This document shows, in pieces, positions 56,370-62,184 of a stretch of 62,184 nucleotides of DNA (positions are counted from its first letter, which is position 1; every line of letters begins with the position of its first letter). The notes under the pieces were generated by a model. That model ran no database searches. It saw only the letters and a list, made by a program, of their open reading frames with translations, and was not told the origin of the DNA. This stretch comes from a virus. Taxonomy: Duplodnaviria > Caudoviricetes. A program made the translations under genes and the position numbers. The DNA lies in the IMG/VR virus record IMGVR_UViG_3300033150_000672, positions 1-62,184 of that record, one strand, 5' to 3'.

Positions 56370-57472
56370 TCTTCATCACCTTCATTTTGACTTGTTGGTT
56401 GAGGTTCAATTTTTTTGGTTTCAATTTTCTTTTCATTATAGAAAATTCCTTTTGCGGTGACACCAAAAAAATCTTCCCTTTCTCCTTTATCATCTACAAT
56501 ATTCCAACAGGTTCCAGCAATTAAAATCGTTGAGTTTGGTGCTGCATTGAAATTAAGCGCTATGTCTGTCGGCAATTTAACGTAGATTGAAGTCAATTCT
56601 TCATCTGGTGTTTTTAACAATTCATTAAAACTGAATGGTGCTCCAACCTTTAGGTTTGGATTTGGTGCCTGTGAATTATCAGTAACTAATTCTGCTTCAA
56701 AAATAAATAGTGTGAAGTTTCTAACTTTTTCATCTGTATCTAAATATTTTTTCTTTAATTCTTTAATATTCACAAATCTGTCTTGATAATATTTTTTTAC
56801 CACCTGAACGATTGGAACTTCTGTGTTTCCATATTTTATTTCTGTTCCAGATTCTAAATATAGATTCATCGTTCCATCTTCATTATCACTTCCCCTAATT
56901 GCTTTGAAATCACATTCTTTTCCAATGATAATATTTTGTTTTGTGTCTTCTTCAGAAATTGTAAGATTCATTTTCTTAAAAATTGGTTTACCATCCTTTT
57001 CTCCAGCCTGAACAATTCCAGAAACAGTTCTTCTTAATTGAATTTGTAATGGTTTACCATATCTCCAATTTTTCTTACCACTTGGAAATTTTTCTCTCAT
57101 ATCAAAAACAACAGGTTCATCATCTATTATTTTTATTTCTCCATTTTCTAATAATTGTTTTTGTTTAATTGGGTCTTTATATTCTTCTAATTTTTTATTA
57201 ATATAAGATTCATTATCTCTTCTAACATCTCCCATGAATAATATCAATCCTCTAAAGGTATCACTTTTACTATTCAATTTCTTAATACACATATTTGTCA
57301 TTATTCTTTCAAATCTTATTTCTTTTTCTTGTTCATTTAATCCTTTAAATACTTGTAATCTTTGATATGCTTCTTTTAATATTTCCATTGCTTTTTCTTC
57401 TGATATTTTTAATCTTTGAACAATTCCTGATTTATACTTATTTTCTAATTTAGAAAATAACTCATCATTCAT
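56363..57472 (-). CDS. Putative OB-fold single-stranded DNA-binding protein
   Basis: Beta-rich; acidic aromatic C-terminus (EGDEEW); upstream of the Sak4-like gene. Confidence 0.5.
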   Translation of the reverse strand: MNDELFSKLENKYKSGIVQRLKISEEKAMEILKEAYQRLQVFKGLNEQEKEIRFERIMTNMCIKKLNSKSDTFRGLILFMGDVRRDNESYINKKLEEYKDPIKQKQLLENGEIKIIDDEPVVFDMREKFPSGKKNWRYGKPLQIQLRRTVSGIVQAGEKDGKPIFKKMNLTISEEDTKQNIIIGKECDFKAIRGSDNEDGTMNLYLESGTEIKYGNTEVPIVQVVKKYYQDRFVNIKELKKKYLDTDEKVRNFTLFIFEAELVTDNSQAPNPNLKVGAPFSFNELLKTPDEELTSIYVKLPTDIALNFNAAPNSTILIAGTCWNIVDDKGEREDFFGVTAKGIFYNEKKIETKKIEPQPTSQNEGDEEW

Positions 57473-57509
57473 ATCAATTCTACCTCCATAATTTTTGGTA
57501 ATATTAATA

Positions 57510-57588
57510 ACTCAGGAGGGACGTTGTCACGTTTCATTGGATGAAACGTTTGGCTCGGATTGACAACAAAATTAGACACCTCCTGAGT
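57510..57588 (-). promoter_or_regulatory. Structured 5' UTR of the putative SSB gene
   Basis: Nested stems 57510-19/57579-88, 57523-29/57561-67 and 57530-36/57542-48; TTTATAAA box near 57633-57641. Confidence 0.6.
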
Positions 57589-57682
57589 GTCATTTAAAAT
57601 CCGTGCCATAACAAAAATTAATTTCTCGATTTTTTATAAATCTTTATGTTGTAGGTCGTTATATTGGTTTAATTTTAAGATA

Positions 57683-58009
57683 TCAAAATATACAAATACC
57701 ACAACCATTTTCTTTATCTTCATAAATCAAGCACTCATATTTTTGATTAGAATTTTTTAATTGTTTAATATTTAAGTCATCTTTTATTTTATTCCATTTA
57801 CCTATCTCTTTGAAATTATTCCACATCTCTTGCGTTGGAGACTCTTTTTTATTATAATATTTTCTTCTCCATTTTTTAATTAATTTTCCTCTCTTATAAG
57901 AATTGTTTTCATTCATTATTCTATCAAGGTCTTCTAATTCTTCTATTTCCTTTTGACTTGGTAAATAATCAATATTGAGAAATTTCCAGAAATCAAAATC
58001 TATTATCAT
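57683..58009 (-). CDS. Hypothetical protein
   Basis: GAGGTG RBS; ATGA overlap. Confidence 0.65.
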   Translation of the reverse strand: MIIDFDFWKFLNIDYLPSQKEIEELEDLDRIMNENNSYKRGKLIKKWRRKYYNKKESPTQEMWNNFKEIGKWNKIKDDLNIKQLKNSNQKYECLIYEDKENGCGICIF

Positions 58010-58392
58010 TTTTTATAACACCTCACTCTTAAACCCTTTACACTAACAAACCATTCTATAATAATATATTCCTTAGTTAATTTTAATAATGCTTTTGTAA
58101 TATTCTTCTGAATATCAACAATACTTCCTTCTACATTAATGTCTTCCTCAAAGATAAAAACTTCAGGTATATTCTCAACTAATTTCATTTCAAACCTCCT
58201 AATTTTTTCAACAACTTCTCCTTTAATAATTTCAATATCAATAAGAGAATTATTTCTTACTTTCTTAGCATATTCTCTTGCTTTTTTCAGAGAATCAAAT
58301 GCATTTAAATGTGGGCCAACTGGAACTCCTCTAATATTTTCTTCCATTATTTGTCCAATCCAAAAGACATAATATATATATTTTTTAGTCAT
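58006..58392 (-). CDS. Hypothetical protein (possibly two fused small ORFs; internal GGAGG...ATG near 58188)
   Basis: ORF track. Confidence 0.6.
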   Translation of the reverse strand: MTKKYIYYVFWIGQIMEENIRGVPVGPHLNAFDSLKKAREYAKKVRNNSLIDIEIIKGEVVEKIRRFEMKLVENIPEVFIFEEDINVEGSIVDIQKNITKALLKLTKEYIIIEWFVSVKGLRVRCYKK

Positions 58393-58654
58393 TTCTTTTA
58401 CTCTTCTTTTTTAAATGTTTTTTAATTCGTTTAACAATATCTTCTTTGTTTTTTAGTCCATATTCTGCAAGCCCAATAATTGTTCTTCCAACTAAATATA
58501 TACCATCAATACTTTCTAAATTTACTTTTGGTGCAACACCAAAAGACATAATTTCTTTTTTTGTTTTGGTATCTACAATTCTTATTTCAAAAGTTATTTT
58601 TCTTCCTTTAACATCTGGAATTTTTATTTTTGTTATATCATTCATATTTTTCAC
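58385..58654 (-). CDS. Hypothetical protein
   Basis: GGGGTGA RBS. Confidence 0.65.
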   Translation of the reverse strand: MKNMNDITKIKIPDVKGRKITFEIRIVDTKTKKEIMSFGVAPKVNLESIDGIYLVGRTIIGLAEYGLKNKEDIVKRIKKHLKKKSKRND

Positions 58655-58657
58655 CCC

Positions 58658-58843
58658 TTACTCCTCCTCAACAATTTTCCATTCTAAAATTAAAAAATTC
58701 TTATCATTTGTTTTTTCAGGAATACTTGCTTTTATGAACCTAATTCCAACTTCTTCATCCTTAAGCATTTTATTTAATTGTTCTAAAAATCCTTTCTCCC
58801 AATATTCTTTTATTAATTTATCTTTCTTAAATTTAACATTCAT
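58658..58843 (-). CDS. Hypothetical protein
   Basis: GGAGG RBS; ATGA overlap. Confidence 0.65.
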   Translation of the reverse strand: MNVKFKKDKLIKEYWEKGFLEQLNKMLKDEEVGIRFIKASIPEKTNDKNFLILEWKIVEEE

Positions 58844-59049
58844 ACTTCTCCCTCCCAATTTTTTTCACCAATCAATATAGTGTAACCATAACCATAAGGC
58901 AACAATTTCTGTAACTTATCAATCAACTCATCCTTATTCAAAACCACAAACTCGCTATCTTTTTGTGTAGTATTTTTTGTTGCTACGAAATGAAGAAAAA
59001 ACTGTGGATGTTTTTCTAATTCTTTTTTTGTAGGTAATGTTGTCTTCAT
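58840..59049 (-). CDS. Hypothetical protein
   Basis: ORF track; ATGA overlaps. Confidence 0.65.
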   Translation of the reverse strand: MKTTLPTKKELEKHPQFFLHFVATKNTTQKDSEFVVLNKDELIDKLQKLLPYGYGYTILIGEKNWEGEV

Positions 59050-59198
59050 TTCTCCTTCTCAACCTCATCTGGTTCAATACTTTCTTCAAAGTGTTTATCT
59101 ATCAAATTTTTAATTTCAACCAATAGGTTGTGGTCATAAATCCATCCATTGTGATATACTCTTATTAATTCATCTTTGTTCATTTTCTTATCCATTTT

Positions 59199-60986
59199 TT
59201 AAACCTCCTGATAACCATCATGTCTTTCACCTCTAAGACCTATGTATCTTTCTTTATCTTTTATTAATCTTACAAAAGGACTTCTTGGTGTGCTACTAAA
59301 TCTTCTAATCACATATCTTGCTCTGTCCATACTCATTCTATTGTTACCTCCATAAACCAATGCGTTTCTTGCATCTTTATAAAGAATAACACCCTCCTGT
59401 GATTTAATTATTTTTTGTGTCAATGTTCTTATTATTCTATCTTCATTGTATTTTCTTCTTTGGTCAACCATTATTACATCTTGTAACCATGTCTCCATAT
59501 ATTTATAACTTCTCCAAATAATGTCAATAGCATTAATCACGTCTTCAATTTCAATATAATGACTCTTTCTAATGATTGCGTTTTGATACATTAATTTCAT
59601 TATATACATTGGATACCTTCCCATAAAACTTCTTGCTATTTGTTGATGTTCAAAATTTTGAAGTTCTACATCAATCCTTCTGTTAATTTTACTCATTTCT
59701 TTCATTATTACTGAATTGATTTTATCTGGTTCCTTAATATCAATTTCTACATCAAAAAACTCTTCTCTGAGTTTAACCAATTCTTTAGCAATTTCTTTAA
59801 CCAATTTATTATATTTTGTTTTGTAAATATGTCTTTCATTAATATTCATTCCTAATGTTATAGCATCTTTTTCACTCATCTTTTTTCTAATATTATCTTC
59901 TAACAACCTCATGAATCCTAAACACCTTTGGAGCAGTCCAGTATTTGCTATGAATATTGGTAGACTTGAAACTGGTATGGTTGTTGCTATCAAACTACCT
60001 CTTCCATATGTTTTTGTTTTTTGTCCGCTCCATTTTTCTAATTCTTTTTCAATTATTTGGTCTTCTAATATGTGTAAAAAATAATCTGCCATTTTATTGG
60101 TGTATTGTCCACCTTTAATAAGTGTTTTTGCTTCTCTATAAATATAAAAGTCGTATCTTTCAAATTTTCCTGGTATTGTTTTTGAATAATCGTATCCTTT
60201 TCTCATATCATCCTTTCTGTAAGCAAACCTTGTCAAAACAACAGCATCTGTTTCTTCTCCTTTAAATTCTGCAAAATTAAAAACTTCATTATTTTTCTTG
60301 CTTAAAATTTTATTTATTTCTCTAACGACATCACATAGCACGTCTACACTTTCTCCTTTGCCACTGCCACTGTCTTGAATCCAGAAAAAATTACATTTCA
60401 AATTCATTCTTTTGGAACCTTTGTAAAAAAACTTATTTTTAAATAATTGTCCCAATAATACATGGAACAACATTTCACCTGCCAAATCATTATAATAACT
60501 TTTCATGTTGAATAGGTTCATCCATTTCTGTTTTAATGAGGTTATTTGGCTTATTCTTCCTTTATCTCTTGCTTCTCTTATTACCTCAGTAACATCCTTT
60601 TCTTTTAATGCTTTAATCTTTCTGTCTGTTATTTCTTTTTCTTTTTTGGCTTTGGTATATGCCATTAATTTCTTTTTCTCAACGTTTTTGAGTTTGTTTT
60701 GAAATTCTTCTGAGTTATAATATTTTTCCTCGTTTAAAGGTATATCTTCATCCATTATACTATCTTCTGAGGTAGGAATTCGTTCAAAAACCTTCTCAAA
60801 AAATTCTTCGTCTTTATCTTCTTTTTCTTTTGCTTTCATTTGTCGTTCTAACCATTTTCTTACGTTGATGTATTCTTTTAATTTTTCTCCTTTAAGAAAT
60901 CTAGGGTCTTGAGATAAGACTCTTTCAATTTCTTTATCAATCTTTTCTCCGTATGAAAATCCAACTGGTAGTTTAAACAATGCCAT
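59199..60986 (-). CDS. Divergent AAA+ ATPase, putative replicative helicase (MCM/DUF3987-like)
   Basis: Walker A SGSGKG, altered Walker B YIYRE, GLLQR Arg finger, C-terminal wHTH-like region; no other replicative helicase in the window. Confidence 0.55.
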   Translation of the reverse strand: MALFKLPVGFSYGEKIDKEIERVLSQDPRFLKGEKLKEYINVRKWLERQMKAKEKEDKDEEFFEKVFERIPTSEDSIMDEDIPLNEEKYYNSEEFQNKLKNVEKKKLMAYTKAKKEKEITDRKIKALKEKDVTEVIREARDKGRISQITSLKQKWMNLFNMKSYYNDLAGEMLFHVLLGQLFKNKFFYKGSKRMNLKCNFFWIQDSGSGKGESVDVLCDVVREINKILSKKNNEVFNFAEFKGEETDAVVLTRFAYRKDDMRKGYDYSKTIPGKFERYDFYIYREAKTLIKGGQYTNKMADYFLHILEDQIIEKELEKWSGQKTKTYGRGSLIATTIPVSSLPIFIANTGLLQRCLGFMRLLEDNIRKKMSEKDAITLGMNINERHIYKTKYNKLVKEIAKELVKLREEFFDVEIDIKEPDKINSVIMKEMSKINRRIDVELQNFEHQQIARSFMGRYPMYIMKLMYQNAIIRKSHYIEIEDVINAIDIIWRSYKYMETWLQDVIMVDQRRKYNEDRIIRTLTQKIIKSQEGVILYKDARNALVYGGNNRMSMDRARYVIRRFSSTPRSPFVRLIKDKERYIGLRGERHDGYQEV

Positions 60987-61287
60987 GTCTTCTACCTCCT
61001 GCAATCATTGCTCCTATTCTTAATAGTTCTTGCCTGATTGCTCCTTTGTTTGTGTAATCTGCATATGATGGAACCACTTGCATCACGCTTAATGCTTGCT
61101 GAATATAACCGAATTCTGTTTCAGGCGGGCAGTGAGTGATGGAATATATTAATATTGAGTTGGTTGTTATAATATCCATGGGGAGTTTGTTTTTAATACA
61201 TTTATTAAACTTGTCAAAAAGTCTGATGGCCTTCTCATTGTGATTAAAAAAATTCATTAACATATCTTCATCTATTAGGAACAACAT
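60973..61287 (-). CDS. Hypothetical protein, weak PIN-like N-terminus
   Basis: FLIDEDML...IITT.SIL. Confidence 0.5.
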   Translation of the reverse strand: MLFLIDEDMLMNFFNHNEKAIRLFDKFNKCIKNKLPMDIITTNSILIYSITHCPPETEFGYIQQALSVMQVVPSYADYTNKGAIRQELLRIGAMIAGGRRHGIV

Positions 61288-61312
61288 TCTTTTTTCTTTC
61301 TTGTCTTCTTTT

Positions 61313-61495
61313 CTAATTTTTCCCCACCCCGTCTTCTATCATTTCACATATCCATCTCACAACCTCGGGGTATTTCTTCTCATCAATTTCCGGATAGACG
61401 TCACAACTGTTGAAACAGTATTCGCAGAGATTAACAATTTCCGTTTCGTCTAGAATTTTTTCTATTATCTTTTTTGCTATTTCTTTGCACTTCAT
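61313..61495 (-). CDS. Small Cys-containing protein
   Basis: GGTGA RBS; CEYC...C. Confidence 0.6.
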   Translation of the reverse strand: MKCKEIAKKIIEKILDETEIVNLCEYCFNSCDVYPEIDEKKYPEVVRWICEMIEDGVGKN

Positions 61496-61524
61496 TTTTC
61501 ATCTCACCTTTTTATTTTTTATTT

Positions 61525-61572
61525 TATTTTATTCACTATTTTATTCACTATTTTATTCACTATTTTATTCAC
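61525..61572. repeat. Perfect tandem repeat (TATTTTATTCAC)x4
   Basis: Four exact 12-bp copies overlapping the stop of 61569-62069. Confidence 0.95.
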
Positions 61573-62069
61573 ACCCAGGCGGTTTCACTGACATCATTGC
61601 TTCCATTCTTTTCTTCATATTCTTCTTCCAGGTGTGAATCTTCTTTTTCTAATATTGGAGCACTTGAACCTACTGGTTTTGAGTTTATGGGGCTGACGGT
61701 ATCAACCTTGCTGTAGACAATTTTATTGTTGTTGAAATCATAAAAAAATTCCCATGATTCATCTTTTTTCTGGTCTATTATTATTAAAACTTCTTTTGTT
61801 AATGATAACAATCTTCCAAACTCGTCCCATAATACGTAATACTTCCCCTCTGGGGTTTTGACGTTTCTTTTATACCCGGTAAGTTCTAATGCGTCTTTGA
61901 TTCTAATATTATCTGATGGTATTAATTCTAATCTTTTGTAACTTGGAACCAGCCTGAACAGGACTTTCTTTTCCGATGTTCTGAGATTCATTGATACCTC
62001 TTTTGGAATATATAATACGTTCCCTAATATTTTCCTTGTGATAGACACGTGGGTTAATTCTTCTTCCAT
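61569..62069 (-). CDS. Possible AbrB/SpoVT-like transcription regulator
   Basis: ITRKI.G..LYIPKEV...L pattern; first gene of the replication arm; GAGGTGA RBS. Confidence 0.45.
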   Translation of the reverse strand: MEEELTHVSITRKILGNVLYIPKEVSMNLRTSEKKVLFRLVPSYKRLELIPSDNIRIKDALELTGYKRNVKTPEGKYYVLWDEFGRLLSLTKEVLIIIDQKKDESWEFFYDFNNNKIVYSKVDTVSPINSKPVGSSAPILEKEDSHLEEEYEEKNGSNDVSETAWV

Positions 62070-62119
62070 TTTCAAAAATCACCTCTTTATTTATTTCTTT
62101 ATATTTTATATGTTTTTCT

Positions 62120-62136
62120 TTATTTATAAATTTTAT
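62120..62136 (-). promoter_or_regulatory. TATA box of the replication arm
   Basis: CATAAAATTTATAAATA on the minus strand upstream of 62069. Confidence 0.55.
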
Positions 62137-62184
62137 GTGTTATTTAGATAGATGTTTTGGAGAGTGGGGTGGAGGTGAGTGGAG

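Noticed and set aside
61525-61572. Possible CRISPR or mini-array
   Set aside because: 12-bp units are directly adjacent with no spacers
778-61716. Numerous antisense ORFs in the six-frame track (e.g. 8863-9261, 13994-14374, 21358-21663, 58446-58880)
   Set aside because: They are shadows of longer RBS-supported genes on the opposite strand, with F/L/S/I-rich composition and no RBS
1-62184. Terminal direct repeats or prophage att sites
   Set aside because: No exact end-to-end repeat seen, no integrase and no flanking host genes

Overview
The window looks like a near-complete, probably circularly permuted genome of an AT-rich tailed dsDNA virus (Caudoviricetes, siphovirus-like) infecting an archaeon. 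Host inference rests on GGAGGTGA-type ribosome-binding sites, TTTATAAA TATA boxes about 22-24 nt before several apparently leaderless ATGs, and PolB/clamp/RFC/AEP-type replication genes. Layout: (i) 367-2935, minus strand: small early genes plus two candidate structured RNAs; (ii) 3312-36485, plus strand: small accessory genes, terminase, portal, head fibres, protease/scaffold, capsid, neck, tail tube, frameshifted tail chaperone, a short tape measure, baseplate and a putative glycoside hydrolase; (iii) 36472-62069, minus strand: replication and recombination genes (putative helicase, SSB, Sak4-like ATPase, clamp, clamp loader, PolB, Cas4-like nuclease, primase, RuvC-like resolvase, SNF2). Embedded in (iii) is an expanded 10-gene 7-deazaguanine cluster: folE, queD, queE, queC and a TGT/DpdA-like transglycosylase, plus a second QueC, a degenerate T-fold protein, a phosphoribosyltransferase, an SDR, a second radical SAM enzyme and a HAD phosphatase. 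This is the best candidate for an undescribed system (a new DNA hypermodification). The transglycosylase carries the same C-terminal QxxLF motif as PolB and the clamp-loader subunit, suggesting replication-coupled modification. I found no integrase, tRNA, CRISPR array or reverse transcriptase. All family calls are from motif recognition by eye, without database searches.
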